From NCBI RefSeq assembly GCF_006345805.1, contig NC_043020.1, positions 11,346,001-11,410,000 on the forward strand: 64,000 nt of DNA. The letters are read 5' to 3'. How positions within the stretch are numbered: the stretch's first letter is position 1; each line of letters starts with the position of its first letter. A program made the translations under genes and the position numbers. The notes under the pieces were generated by a model that did no database searches, was not told the origin of the DNA, and saw only the letters and a list, made by a program, of their open reading frames with translations. The stretch is from Octopus sinensis (lineage: Eukaryota). Positions 63,994 through 64,000 of the stretch are shown in pieces.

Positions 63994-64000
63994 CATATTA

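Overview
Eukaryotic, very AT-rich, microsatellite- and SINE-dense DNA. The repeat landscape is typical of an octopus genome (inference, not a database match). One host gene is supportable: a + strand SLC16/monocarboxylate-transporter-family MFS gene with four coding exons (5174-5471, 51483-51626, 54313-55113, 58637-58809). All its introns are GT-AG and phase 1, and one is about 46 kb; the start codon was not found. The rest is transposon debris and repeats: several tRNA-derived SINE families (many with exact TSDs and nesting), Tx1/L1, CR1, RTE and Penelope fragments, Helitrons, a Tigger fragment, piggyBac- and Mutator-like MITEs, and local tandem or inverted duplications. The most interesting signal is about 10 minimal type-I hammerhead ribozyme motifs with palindromic stem III, mostly at the ends of inverted duplications or short retroelements. 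Across unrelated copies the catalytic-core 3-8 pair appears as C-G, U-A and G-C. The best copy (53792-53851, minus strand) has every other core position intact and sits in a short element flanked by 12-bp direct repeats, i.e. a candidate retrozyme-like family. All alignments and folds were done by eye; no ribozyme activity is demonstrated.
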